Assembly (NCBI RefSeq): GCF_009914755.1
Contig: NC_060936.1
Strand: one strand, 5' to 3'
Length of the DNA stretch: 64,000 nt
From: the human T2T-CHM13v2.0 reference genome, Homo sapiens
The notes under the pieces are model-generated. The model ran no database searches. It was not told the origin of the DNA and saw nothing but the letters and a program-made list of their open reading frames with translations. Below, piece after piece: positions 1 to 15,560 of the stretch. The translations under genes and the position numbers were made by a program. How positions within the stretch are numbered: position 1 is the stretch's first letter; each line of letters begins with the position of its first letter.

Positions 1-514
1 AAACGGCTGTTCTCAAAAGTATTAGCTGCATTTTTCTGAAGTGCATTTTGCTATCAGGTGCTTTGTAAAGTGGGATGGCAATGTAATGAATAATCCGAAC
101 TAAATTTTTCACAGAGGAAAAGTTGCTGGAATTTTAAAGATGGTTTTCTTTTAGATTTTCTAGCAAATACTAAAATAAGAATTTAAATTTTTTTGAAGCT
201 TCATAACAAACTTCACAGCCATGAAGCAATGAGTTATCTTTCTCTTCCTTTTTTTAGCTATAGCAGAATAAAATGAGGGATTATTGTGTCCATTTGAGTC
301 ATGTGGTTATACCTACATTTTCTAGGGGACCAAGATCTTTTCCATCAATGCTTATTTTCCTTGTACCAATGTCAGAAACGTGGCATTTGTTTTAAAATAA
401 AGTAATTTAATTTGCAAGTTTAAAATGTAGCTATTATAAGTAATTGAAAGCATTAGTAACTTTTTGGTGATAGGAGTAGTAAATTAACCCAGGGGTTGAT
501 AATGACCATCCAAT

Positions 515-1740
<1,226 letters not shown>

Positions 1741-2621
1741 GTAGAAGAATGGGTGCCAAAATTCAGACAAATACTGGCAGCTTTATCCTATGGTTTAGAT
1801 GGGCTAAACATCTGTCCAAAATAATGTCAGCACATTCCAGGTTGATAGGAAGGTGATTTGTCTGTATTTATTACTTTTTTTCTTTAGTATATCCCGTAGA
1901 TTTGTTAATCTGACCTTTTATACCAACATTTCAAAACAATTTAAGGAAGTGCTAGAAGAGAGTTTTCAGACCTGGTATATGATCCAAGGTGATGTAACAA
2001 ATTTTAAAATGTGTTTTCATGTGGAAGTTAAAAATGTGCAGCTTAAAGAGTAGTTGAAACTCCATATGCCTCTTTTGGCCAACCCAGTAATGCAGCTTGT
2101 GGAAATATAAATGAACATTCAGAAATTGGAAGCATGCCTTTGCCTAAAATCTGGGCCGTATTTAAGCCTTCTTACCCACTGCAACCTTTCAATTAGCCAT
2201 TACCAGACTTAGCCATAGCAGCATTTGCTGTTGCTTGATTTTTCATCCTGTCTATAGCTGAATTAGATCCACAGCTAAATAAATGCAATGCTTTTAATAG
2301 CCTTTATAAACAGACTTATATACCCCAAGATTCTGTTATTTCAGGAAGCTGTTATGAACAACAGGCTCTAAATTGTGAATGCTTATTAGACACTATAAAT
2401 CATTTTGCCTTGCAATAAACATCAATTAAATGTAGTTCACATGTCACAATGCATGGAACAGATTGATTTTTGAAGACAGCATAGCCCTGCATCATGTACA
2501 TTCAGGGGTATTGGGAAAAAATACCCATTAAATTAACATTAGTTTAAAAAAAATGAAAACTTCTAGAACAATTACAGCTTTACTGTTTTGACTGAAGGAG
2601 AAAAAATGACCTTTGTTTCAG

Positions 2622-2691
2622 GAGCTGTGACTTGAACAATGCTATTCTGCATGAAATTGAGAAATTGCCAGTGTTCCCAACCTGATGGAGA
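2622..2691 (+). other. Candidate 70-nt cassette exon (non-coding or poison)
   Basis: Acceptor aatgacctttgtttcAG (2620-2621), donor AGA|GTATGT (2692). The phase-0 frame reads GAG CTG TGA. Confidence 0.35.
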
Positions 2692-3877
2692 GTATGTGTG
2701 GGATCTTAGTTCTGCTTCATTAAGCTCCTTGTGAATGAGTGGTAAATTTTCCCTATTTATATATTTTCTGTCAGGGGATCATAAACATAGCCTGCCTACC
2801 ACATGTTTTTACTGTTACCTTTTTATGTATATATTGGTTGCACGTTTAACAAGAGTTTATTCCTATATTGAATATCCTAGTCAGGTAGGTTTTAGGAATA
2901 GGCAAAGTTATACACTTGCTACTTTCTTACAATATTGCATATTAAATATAGAGTGATTAAAACTTCTAATTTTTCAGTGAATGAAAATAAGCTTATATTT
3001 AATTAGTTCAAACTTTCTAGTGCATAATTTTTAACATGCTGGAAATGAGGCTTAATAGAGAAGCATTTCCTGAACGAAACTTCCTTTTTGTGTTCAACTT
3101 ATAAACTGAGTCTGGAAAGAAATATTGTTTCCAGATGAATTCACTTGGATTTTATTATGAGAAAATCTTAGGAGCAAATTCCTGTACCAATCTTCTAAGA
3201 GCCTTCTTGAAGGCAGGAGTATGGAGAAATAACTGGCTTAGTCTCCTTCCAATTGTGTCAATATATTTTTGAAATATTCAAATGTGTCTTAGAAGTTGTG
3301 ACGTATTTTGCAAACAATATGTTACTAATAAATGTATAAAAGTACTCAATGTTCACAAACCATATATACGTAGATGTAAATATAGGAGGAGGAGGAGAGA
3401 GTAGTCCTCTAATCCCCAGTGTTACTCAGTTCCGCTATACTTTCTTGAGTGGAAAAGGGTAGAGTTATGTCTTGCTGTAAAATGCACATATAACTCTAGA
3501 TGAATAAGTTCATGGGAAATGTGTCTGTCATGAGTAGAACACTTTCATGTTGCTCGTCTAAGGGACAGCAAAGTGGATAGCAAAAGTTCATTGGAGTTTC
3601 AAATTGTTCCATCTGATCCCTACATATACAAGGGGTCTTTTCTACTGCTGTGGCTGTCCTCAGACACAGCTTTAGCTTTTCCTCTGCACTGAGTGATGTT
3701 CCCTAGAGTTTCCCTGTGTAAAAAGTGCAGCAGTTTCCCTGGGCCTTGGGCTTTAGAGAGACTTGAGTCATTTGACAAGTACTGCAGGGACTCCACGTGA
3801 TTCTACCAACCAAACAAATGACAAGCACAAAAGCAACAGCATAAAACAACCATTGTGCTGCATGAGTATTACTTTCC

Positions 3878-4164
3878 TTTTTTTTTTTCAACTTTCATTT
3901 TAAATTTCAGATGTACAAGTGCAGGTTTGTTACATAGGTAAATGTGCATCATGGGGGTTTGTCGTACAGATTATTTCACCACCCAGGTATTAAGCCTAGT
4001 ACCCATTAGTTAATTTTCCTGATCCTCTCCATCCTCAAATTCTCCACTCTGGGACCAAAAAGCCCCAGGGCATGTTGTCTTCCTCTATGTGTCCATGTGT
4101 TCTCATCATTACATGTGGTATTTGGTTTTCTATTCCTGTGTTAGTTTGCTAAGGATAACAGCCT
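3878..4164 (-). mobile_element. Older L1PA (about PA13-16) 3' end, 5'-truncated
   Basis: Poly-T then gtgcaggtttgttacataggtaaa...cagattatttcaccacccaggtattaagcctagtaccc; small internal deletion near 4110; degenerate TSD agtattactttcct/agtgttgctttcct. Confidence 0.85.
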
Positions 4165-7100
4165 ACAGTGTTGCTTTCCTAGAGAGAGTAACAGACAAGG
4201 CTCCCAACAACCACACCTCCATGCGTTATTCCCTAGGGATAGCTTACTCCTCCAGTGTGTCTTTGATATTCATATATATTAACCAGATTTACCCAAATAC
4301 AAATATTAAAATTTTGGGATCAAGATTGATATGATTCTTCCCTTATTTCTTTATGTTTAGAAATCCCATATCACCTTTAGACCCAATTGAAATGGTATCT
4401 ACTTTATGATGTCCTCTCAGAGCCCTAAATAGAATAAATGGATTCACCTCCAAAAATCCATAATATTGTTTGAAACTCTCTTATTGAACTTTCAGCAGAT
4501 GCTTTATATTTTAATTGAGTGCATGCCTGTCTTTCTCCTCTAGAACAAAACCCACTTCTCATATTTGCTTCACTCTCTCACCCAACCCCCCATGCCCCTA
4601 GAATAATGCTTGCACATAGTAGGTGTTCAGGAAAATGTGACTCATGTTCACATTTATAATTAACCTCACATTGTGCTCCCAAGGGTTAGACTTTGATAAT
4701 AGCTCTGATTACATTCGCTCTGATATGACTATGCGATATCTATCTCTTCTGCCAACCAGTAGTTCAGCTTGCTTTCTAAACTTGATTTTCAGATCTTTTC
4801 AAGATTAAACACAAGAAAATTAACTTACATTTTAAAGGGTCCTTGAGGAAAATATCCACTTCATATATGATTTTTGTATTTTGCAGAATTGCTTAATATA
4901 GTGCTTTTACAAAATAGATATGCAGTGTTTGTGGAACGAAATTGTTAAGACAGGAATACCTATAAAACTCAGATGGAGTCATTCAAGTGCTGAGCATGCA
5001 TTTCTTATGTATATTTCTCATAGAAAGTTAATGTGCCAGGAAGCCTTCATTAAGTTTTCATTATGCTTTAACTCTAAAAAGGTATTGACATGGTTTAAAA
5101 GTCATTGATCATTAGTCACAAGATGCTGCTAATCTCTCTACCTGAGTAAAACAAATGAAGCTATCCAGGTAAAAAATTGCTCACCAGTTAGTCATTCCTT
5201 CAGAAGAGTTCCTAGACTATGTTTAAGGATATACAGACATATCTTTAGGAAGACCTAGGAAGTGTCTCCTGCCTGGATTCTGAAATCTTTTCTAGCCAAC
5301 CTCTGAGAAAAAGGCAGAGAACATTGATTAATGTCAGATTTTGGCAAATCAAGTTTAAAAAATGTGAATTTTAGATGAGGGGGAGACTCCTTTGCTATAG
5401 AGAGAATATATTATAAAAAATTGATGAACACAATTATGTATCAGTAATTCTGTGATTTTTTTTTTCAGAAAATGGTCTTATAAAAAACACAAGAATTATG
5501 ATAATTCAACAGTGATATTAGCAAGAACAATTGGCCAGATGTAAAAGGATTTGAGATGTGTAAAAGGAATTGTGGTCTGTCCACTGTCAAACTCTTGGTG
5601 CATCTTGGCTTCCTCAAGGATCAGAAGGAGGGATGGAATATCTGACCCCTGAGATTGCTTCTGTCCATGATAGGCACAGCCTTGTCACCCTGATGCCAGA
5701 TATGTATTCTTAAAGAATATCAAACTATAGCATTCTCTTTCTCAGAAATCTTCAGTAGCTTCCAACTATCTACAAAATCACCAAATCAGTTGTGATTAGC
5801 AAGTATTTTAAGACTGCAAAGCTGTGATCAAACCCACCTTTCTCTCAAGCCATATTTCCCTGTGCTCTGAAATGTACAAATGCCAAACTGGACAAACGGC
5901 TGATTTGTAACTTTCTTTTGAAGTTGGCCCATTCCAAGGTTTCTGCTGGAAACATTTTCTCCACTTCAGGGATGCCTACCCAGCCCCAAAGCTTTTCCTG
6001 ACTTCCTCAACTATACTTTCTTTAAATCTGTAGTACTCCTAATTTATATGTCTTGGAATTAGTTCTTCATACTCTGGATTAGAATTATTCAGATTTTGAG
6101 GATTTCATCCTCAGGTTATGATCTTCTTGGAAAAAGAGAAGGAACCCTAAGACTCTTTTTTCCCTCTACAGTATCTAGTAGAATGTCTTATTCATTGGGG
6201 ATATAAAATAATATAATCTTTAAATAAACAAATGAGAACTCACACCATCCTCATAGGGCACAGTGCACAGTGCTTTACAGATGTAAAGCACCATAAAATA
6301 GAATACTATAGGGTGATCACCACATCTATATTTAGCATGTAACTCTTGCTGATTCACATAGAAAGGTGCCCTGTGATACATTTAAGTCTAAAACAGAAAT
6401 TGTAGGTTACTCACACCCACTTTGTTTGTAAGTACATTTTTGTTTTCCATTCCTGTTGAATTTATTATCAGAAAACAACTGGAACTTAGATACGGCCTCT
6501 GATAAAATGGAGGACAATACACATTCCCTTCAGTAGTTAAAGGTCTAGTCTCAATGAGATATGGATTAGCCATTTCCATCTAACAGAAGGCTCCAATCTG
6601 GCCAAACATATGGGTGATTCTGGGAGCCAGCTTACCCCCACAGGAGGTACAACAGCTCTGGGGCACACAGGATGACCAGAGCTCTCATGGCTTCCATCGT
6701 GAGTCTATTGCGAAGGTTGGATTTGCATTTCCAAGCACGCCAGGAGAATAGAATTCAGTTACCTCCAGAAGTGGCTGCTTTGTCCTCCACACTCTATAAC
6801 ACCAGCCATGTTCAACCAGAATAGTCAAGCAATCATATGCCAGCCTAGTCCTGAACGAACACAGGGGCAAAACACATTCCACAGATGATAAAACTGGCTC
6901 TCTTCAGAAATCCAGCTGAATGCCAAGAGAATTAGCCCAGTTCTAGCTTCCTACTGTACTAGCTTTCAGGAAAAAAAAAAATAGAATACAGCTCTTATAT
7001 ATTGATCAATTCTATAAAATGGAAGAGTTCAAGTTCAAGTGAACAGAATAGCCATCTGTCCTGCTAATCATTTCCATTCTGATGCCATTCACTGGAGTCA

Positions 7101-7492
7101 GTCATTCATTCAATAGTGTCTAGGGAAGAGCCAGTCTAGACATGAGATCTGAATATTTAGAAAATTACAAGCACAATTAATATGCATTCTGAAATTGTAG
7201 TTGATGTATTTTTTTCTTATTCTTTTTGGCATAAAATTTTAGTTTTCTAAATTGGAGACATGTTTTGCAACAGGGTTTACATATGAGAATTTGTAAATAA
7301 AAACAGCCAAATACTAACTTAAACCTTTTTCTCTTTAATTCATTCATCTGGGTAATTTAGTCATCACTCTTAGAAAAAGCAAAGACATTTTGTGACAATG
7401 AAGACATTATGTGATAACTAGAGCCTGTTTAGAACCATTGGGTTAAATTTCATTGTTAAATGAGTGAATAAATGTTATAGTGCCTGTTGTAC

Positions 7493-7854
<362 letters not shown>

Positions 7855-9645
7855 CTAACTCTACTCCTTTCTCTAAGGGCGTAAGAATCATCTACCAATG
7901 CCCTTCTACTTACATGGTTTGCCCTTTGTGTTGCAGGGAGAGGAGGAACTTTATATTGGACAAATATGGAAGAGAAAAATACGTTTACATTTTGATATCT
8001 AAACACATCAGTGAACAACCACAGAGATTTCACTTGTAATTGCTTCACACATCTAACAACTGAGGTTATTTTTTTTAAACTCTTTTTTTCTAAATCAAGA
8101 AGCTTAAGAAAATATGCATGTTTCTGAAAAATTGGTTGGCCAAAGAAAAGCTAACAAAATACTATGTTAAAACTTTATAAATGGAAAGATTATGTATTGA
8201 AACAATAGTAAATGCCCTTCTTTGCTTATAGATAGGTTAATATAATAACATCATTTATAGTCTCTTTGGTGTTCCAGCAGTTGTTAGTCTTTAACATAGC
8301 TTTTGTTCTTCCCCTTTCCTTCTCCCCACTGCCATAGTCTTGTGTTATATCTGGACAGTTGGGAACTAACCAGTCTCTCTCCCTTCCTCCAGTTCACTGT
8401 GGCAGTGGAGATGAAGAGGAGCAGGATGTGACGAATTTTTACTTAAGACTGTTTTAGTTTCCTGCCAACTGTTTATTTATAGAGTTTCACCCAGTGATAC
8501 TTATATAACTTAAGTTATAATGCCACAGTACTTTCACAAAATATACACATTACTGTTTCAGTGTTTTTTTTTAATAGCCTTGGTTTCAATGCCATTATCA
8601 GTTCATTATCAGTGTATTGTTTGCTTCCTTGTCCAGTACCACTGTCTGATAAAATCCTTAATTATTAAGTATCTGATAATACTATCCAAACTGCTTTAAT
8701 TACAGAACATTTTGTGTCTTGTTTTTATTACATTTCATGCCAGAATGAACCTAGCCAGGATCTTTAATAAGCCATATTAAATCCAGGCTAGAGGTTAAAA
8801 CTCATGAGGCTGCCTTGATTCTCTGCCTATTGTGTAGGGAATCTCATCAGAAAAGCCCCAAACTTCATTAAAGATGGCTGGATGTGGGCCCGCCTATATT
8901 GCCATTTACTTTAAGGGCTATCACTCAGGGGCAATTATTGGTGTGCTCCTCATGATCCCTGTTATATTAAGGCAATTTCTACACCTAGGTTAGGCATTAA
9001 TACCGCCATTATCTCCAACACAAATCCCCTGACAGTTAGAAAAGCAGGAGAAATTACAGGAGGATTAATCTCTAGTGCCCATCCAAAAATAAAACCTTTC
9101 CCCAGAGGAGGGAGGAGGGTATGTTGAACTCAGTTAAGCTGTGTTAGTTGTAATGAAAAAGAGCCCCCTGTGCCTGCCTCTGTCGGAGACGTTAGATGAC
9201 CCTTTCTCAACTTGTCAATATCCCTTTGGGCTTTCCTTCTCTCCACTCTTACTAGGCTTCTCAGAGTTTTATGACATCTTTAAATAATTATGTTTGCATT
9301 AAAAACGTGGAGGGGGGGACACCTAAGCTTTCCATGTAGAAGGGTTGGACAAAGTAATTCATTTTGCACAAAAAGAAGAAAAAGAGAGCCTGGTGTTTTC
9401 ACAAATCCTTTATATTTCCAGTGTTTTTTTTTTTTTTTTTTTGGTTTTGTTTTGTTTTCTTTTGCTTTGTTTCCAGATGTGTTTATGGGTCTTGCACCAT
9501 GAACCATGCTGAGAAAAGCAGATCATAGAATAAGGAAAAAGAATCCCACTATGCACAAAAGAGTAGGAAGACAAGAGCCTGCAGTGACTTGGCAGGTCAT
9601 TCCCAGTGCACGCTGCTTCGCCTGATAAGGATACCTTTGACAGTG

Positions 9646-9661
9646 GCTGCTGCTGCTGCTG
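9646..9661. repeat. Short (CTG)5 trinucleotide repeat
   Basis: gctgctgctgctgctg. Confidence 0.8.
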
Positions 9662-11536
9662 ACGCACCTCTGTGCTTGCTGCAGAATGGCTGGGGTTTGG
9701 GAATGGAATGATAAGGAACACAATGAATAACTAACAAAGCTCCTTTGATGAATGCAGTCATTTGCATTACAGCGCAAAATAGCTTCGCTCCTGATGGGAT
9801 CATGGCATACCTAACCACAAATATTGTTCATATCTTTCAATGACATATAAGGGCAGCAGTAGACACAGTGAGAGTTTGGTAGGTGGAGAGTTTCAACTCA
9901 GTACATGGTAATAGCATAGAAAAAAATTGGCCCAGAAAAAAATTTGTTTAATAGTATTGGTCTGAAAAACTAATGAGAATTTTAGTTTTGACTGAAAATA
10001 TGTGTAATAATAGTACATTCTTTCACAATCCATCGTCATTGAAATTAATACCCCAGGTGTCTTTTATAGGTGTTAAGAAATGATTCACAATTGAACTGTT
10101 TGTCTCAGTGCTACAGAAATGCTATTTCACCTCACTTTATTCCTATCCTACTCAATAGAACAAACACGAAAGGAGGTTTTGAGTGTGTCAAGTTGAATGT
10201 GAGGGAATTTCTGGGTTCTATATTCATTCAGAGGAAGCAATTGGTTGTATCTGTCACCATGATAGGGCTTCACCATTTGCCCAGAACACAGCAGTGTTTT
10301 GCAGGTTTAACACATCCACTCTTACCTTACCACAAACCAGAAATATAAAACTGTGACACAGAGCCAGCCATGGACTCTAGCTTCCCTGCTAATTTTGATC
10401 TACTGCCTGGTGATACTGGTGACTCCCAACTCATAATGCAGAAAGCCCCAGGGGACTCTGTACTTACTGGCCAAGTAAAAGCTAATATAAAGTGAGAAAT
10501 CACTTATTCCATGAATCATTCATAATTCATGGTGTATTCCCCTTTTTGTTGGTAAACTAGTTGCTATTCTTACTGAAAGACTCTTTTCCCCCTGTAAATT
10601 ACTTATTGCATTCCTGCTGTAACTTTTGATAGTCTTACATTCACTCAACAAACAAGTATTGAACACCTACTTAGTGCCAGGCATTGCATTTTGATGGTAG
10701 AAAATAAAGATGACAAAAAGAAACCCCATGGTCTTACATTTCTCCTCAAATGAAACAGGAAACAGCATACAAATATTTACATCCCAGTGTGAGGGATGTT
10801 GTAATAGGAGTGTGGGCAAAGTACTGGCTGCGCATAGGGAAGAAAGGGATAATTTGAGAGAATATGCATCTGACCCTCAGAATATGGAAACTGAACATGA
10901 GCCATTGAATATTTAGAATGACCTCCCAATTTAATTCTCTATCCCTTAGATTGAGCTACTGGATCATTGAAAATATTTAGAAAAATCTCCCACACACTTA
11001 CATGGTCTTAAGAAAACTCTTTCTCACCCATACATAGGAGGGAATGTTTTCCCTTTAAAAGACTACAGAGTATGTTTGCCCTCTGTATACCAAAGCCCAA
11101 AACTAAGTGGACAATGAAATAACATAATATCAAAGACAGATATTCCTGACTGTAGTTTAACCAAAAGGGAAACCACCAGAAAGCCTGAAATGTCAATTTC
11201 CTTTTCTAAAAATGTACTTTTTTTGCTTACTCGCATTCATCCACTAAAAATATACGTTCTTAGCTAATAGCCACACTTTCCCAAGTAAATTCCCTGCCTG
11301 CTTCTTTCTTTTGAGTTGTAGAAACTATGATTAATTTTTTTAACTTTATGGGTCTTTCTCTATACAAAGGTAACTTACACTTGTTAGAATAACCTTCGCA
11401 TACATTCGTAATTTACAAAATTAAATGTCCTTTGTAATCTCTTCCCCTCTAGAGTGGACAAAAATAATCAGAATTGATTCTAATAAGCCTTTTTTACTCT
11501 TTTGTTTTTTGTCTTTAATTTTTGTTACTCAAATCA

Positions 11537-11697
11537 GTCGGGCATGATGGCTCACGCCTGTAGTCCCAGCTCCTCAGGAGGCTGAGGCACAAGAATCACT
11601 TGAACCCAGTAGGTGGAAGTTGCAGTGAGCCGAGATTGCGCCACTTCACTCTAGCCTGGGCGACAGAGCAAGATTCTGTCTCAAAAAAAAAAAAAAA
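11537..11697 (+). mobile_element. Monomeric Alu (left-arm start joined to AluS right arm)
   Basis: About 160 nt, A15 tail, exact TSD ttgttactcaaatca at 11522-11536 and 11698-11712. Confidence 0.9.
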
Positions 11698-12322
11698 TTG
11701 TTACTCAAATCATCTGACCTTGCACCTCTTAGCCCTCCTTTTCTCAGGAGGTTACTGTGTGGTACTAGGTTTCCTGAATGCTACAGTGAGATACTAGGCA
11801 AAGAAATATTTCCTATTCAGAATCGGGGAAACTGTTTAGAACACTGACTTTTTTTCTAAGTTTGTAAGTGACATTATTTTGCTTGAATAGCCGGCTGAAG
11901 ATTTATGTGTGAAAAAAGGTACACTAAAAATGATTGAGAAGTTGTAAAAGGAATACTGTAATTCGTGAAATAATTGGATAATTTGATATTAACCAAATGT
12001 GTGGAATCAAAGAATTTCAACTGACCTTGTTGCCAGTAGCTTACCCTATGTGAATCTTACCTTGTATGTATACAATTATTTTCTAAATTCAGACTTTGCT
12101 GTAAATGAAAATGAACACCGAGTTAAGTTAAACACAGTGACTTGTACTGCTGTGTTCCTTCTACTACGTAGATTCTGTCAAAGTTTTTGAGGTTTTCTTT
12201 TAATTTTTTGAGGTTTTTTTCTTTTTTCTGCACATTAATCAATGTAGTTCAGTTTCTTGCTAGTATTAGTGTGTCTGTTAATTCTGCATGCCATAGACTG
12301 GAAACCCCAATGAAATGCTTCT

Positions 12323-12691
<369 letters not shown>

Positions 12692-13018
12692 TTATGGAGT
12701 CTCCCTGTGGAAAGTCCTGTCATTTGGCACTAGGAGTGTATGGCATTCATTTATTTTGACTACTTGAAGGCCTTTAAAATCTTATTTCTGGGTCTCTACT
12801 CTGTTTATCGAGATGGGTTTGTCAGAAAATTTACAAACCCTTTCAGTTTTGTGGATACAATTGAGATCTCTACCTGTAACCTTTCATCCAGTGACACAAT
12901 TAAACAAATCACCCTCATGCTTAATAAGTTTGTGATGGTAGTGACAAGGAAACTCAGACTTATTTTGGCAAAAATCTCCTCCAGGAGAGAAAAAAAAATT
13001 AACTTGGTATTGGATACT

Positions 13019-13086
13019 CTTTTGTTTTGTTTTGTTTGGGTTTTTTTGTATGTGTTTTTGTGTTGTTTGTTTGTTTTTGTTTGTTG
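13019..13086. repeat. (TTTG)n / TG-rich low-complexity tract
   Basis: ttttgttttgttttgtttggg...gtttgtttgtttttgtttgttgg. Confidence 0.8.
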
Positions 13087-13099
13087 GTGGGACACCTTC

Positions 13100-13490
13100 C
13101 TCCATATGATTCAGAGACCCAGGTTCCTTCCATCTACCTCTGTCATTCCCTGTGGCTTCACTTCCTTTTTTTTTAATTTAATTATTATTATACTTTAAGT
13201 TTTAGGGTACATGTGCACAACGTGCAGGTTTGTTACATATGTATACATGTGCCATGTTGGTGTGCTGCACCCATTAACTCGTCATTTAGCATTAGGTTTA
13301 TCTCCTAATGCTATCTCTTCCCCCTCCCGCCACCCCACAACCGTCCCCGGTGTGTGATGTTCCCCTTCCTGTGTCCATGTGTTCTCATTGTTCAATTCCC
13401 ACCCACTTCTTAAAAGTCCTGACCAGAAATGATACAGATCGCTTCTGCTTTTACTCTGTTGGCAAGAACGAGCTTCATGGCCAAAACCCA
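13100..13490. mobile_element. Old MaLR LTR fragment (MLT1J/K-like) split by an L1PA
   Basis: attcagagacccaggttccttccatct before the L1 and cttctgcttttactctgttggcaagaac...catggcc after it resemble MLT1K. Confidence 0.5.
13166..13403 (-). mobile_element. Young L1PA (about PA2-PA4) 3' end, 5'-truncated
   Basis: ttattatactttaagttttagggtacatgtgcacaacgtgcaggtttgttacatatgtatacatgtgcc... nearly consensus; TSD cacttc(c)tt at 13159 and 13404. Confidence 0.93.
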
Positions 13491-14657
13491 CACAATGGGG
13501 GAGCCAGGAGGTACAGTCCCTGGCTCAGGAGCACCCTCCGCCACAGCCCCACACCAGCACAGCATGAACTTCTGGTAGAGAACTAGCCATAGCAACCATA
13601 GACAATAAACAGCCTAGAAGTTCTGGAAAATAAGGGAAAATGTACAGTACAAATATGTAATAACACACATGAACACATAAAATCATCTAGCTCCACCAAT
13701 GTGCAAATCCTCTACTTAGCAACACTCCTGACTGAGTTAATCATACACTATGAACACAGCGGTGGTTGGAAATGACCCCTTTAAGAAACTTGTGGGTGCA
13801 GAGCTACAGTGACAAACTTTCTTAGGACAAAGCGCACCGCTATGGCAGCCTCCCTTAAGCAACTTAAATATTATGAAAGTATGCAAATGGAGAAAGAGTA
13901 ATTTCTGTTAACCAACATCATGTTCTTTTTCTTCTCACTCTTGCTGAAGGTCTTTATGTTTATTGGTTTATTTTGTTTGCTATTTATTGTCACATATAAC
14001 AGGTGAAGTCAAGGAGAAATGTGAAATGCAGTCAATTCCAGAGTAAATTGTTTCTGTTGCCACATTTGAAAATATATTAGGATAGCTGAATTTAGCTTTT
14101 AAAAGGATTTATTCTTTACTTTGGCAGAGAGGATGATTCTATCTATTGGTTTGCCTTTAAAATATTGCCTTCTACAAGGTAGAAATTATTTATATAATAT
14201 TTATAATTTATTTATATAATTTCTATAATAAATAGTAATTATTTATTCTATAAATTTGAATAGACCATTTGATGATGTTAATGATGATGATTGTGATGAT
14301 TTTTATACAGAAACTCAGAGATAGTTGTATGAATAAATGAATGCACATTGAAATTACTTTAGCTCTTATGATGAACTATGTAATAATAATAATCATAATA
14401 ATTATTAGGGTGATGATTATAAACATAAATCGTTGAAAAATATGCTGAGAATAATGCTCCATTTAAAATAAAATGTGCTACTTTTATAAAAATTTCTTTG
14501 TAGAAGTCAATTTGCTTTTTTAAAAATACATTTTCATACACTAAGTTTTCTGTTAGCCTAAGTAATTATATTTCTAATTAACTTCAAAGTAATTGATAGG
14601 TGGCAAATGATATCAATCAAAACCAGTCCAAGTAAAAAATGTACACTAATTTAATAA

Positions 14658-14990
<333 letters not shown>

Positions 14991-15181
14991 TAGAAAGACC
15001 AATTCCATTTGAAATATTTCATATCACACAGTACTGTTTATTAATCCACTGTGACAAAACAACTAGATACCCTTTTATAGATATACATTTTTGTTAGGAC
15101 ACATTTTACCTCTTCAGATACATTAAAAAGTAATTAATTTTCTCTGACAGTGTTTTTAATTTTTTTGGTACTCAAATGATC

Positions 15182-15268
15182 TTTTATTAATTTAATTTTA
15201 ATTGACAATAATTGTGTATACTAATGGAGTATAGTCTGATGTTTGATCTATGTATATAATGTAGAAAA
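15182..15268 (-). mobile_element. L1MA-type 3' end fragment
   Basis: ttttaattgacaataattgtgtatac...tgatgtttgatctatgtatataatgt. Confidence 0.55.
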
Positions 15269-15339
15269 GTTCAATGTTTTTAAAAAGAGGTATCCTAGGC
15301 TCATCACATCCCTTTTTACCATGATTGCATGTTAAAATC

Positions 15340-15560
15340 ATAATAGTACCAGGTGTCACTCTAAGAGGTTTATGTATGTTAACTCATGTGGTTTTCTCGA
15401 TAAACATATGAGATGGTAGTAATACCATTTCCACTTTAACAGTTAAAAAACTGTGGCATAGAATAGCTAAATAACTTTCCCATAGGCATTGCCCTGCTAA
15501 CTAGTGGAATCATATGTGAAACTAAGAAATTGAACATCACATCCCTTGCTCTGGACCTTA
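15340..15560 (-). mobile_element. MIR
   Basis: Degenerate core ccactttaacagttaaaaaactgtggcatagaatagctaaataactttccc. Confidence 0.65.

Noticed and set aside
9410-9818. Minus-strand ORFs with polyQ, polyS or polyA runs
   Set aside because: Three readings of one (CTG)5 repeat plus a T-run; no coherent protein.
12740-13198. 152-aa hydrophobic ORF
   Set aside because: Produced by T/G-rich low complexity and an L1 tail; no splice or homology support.
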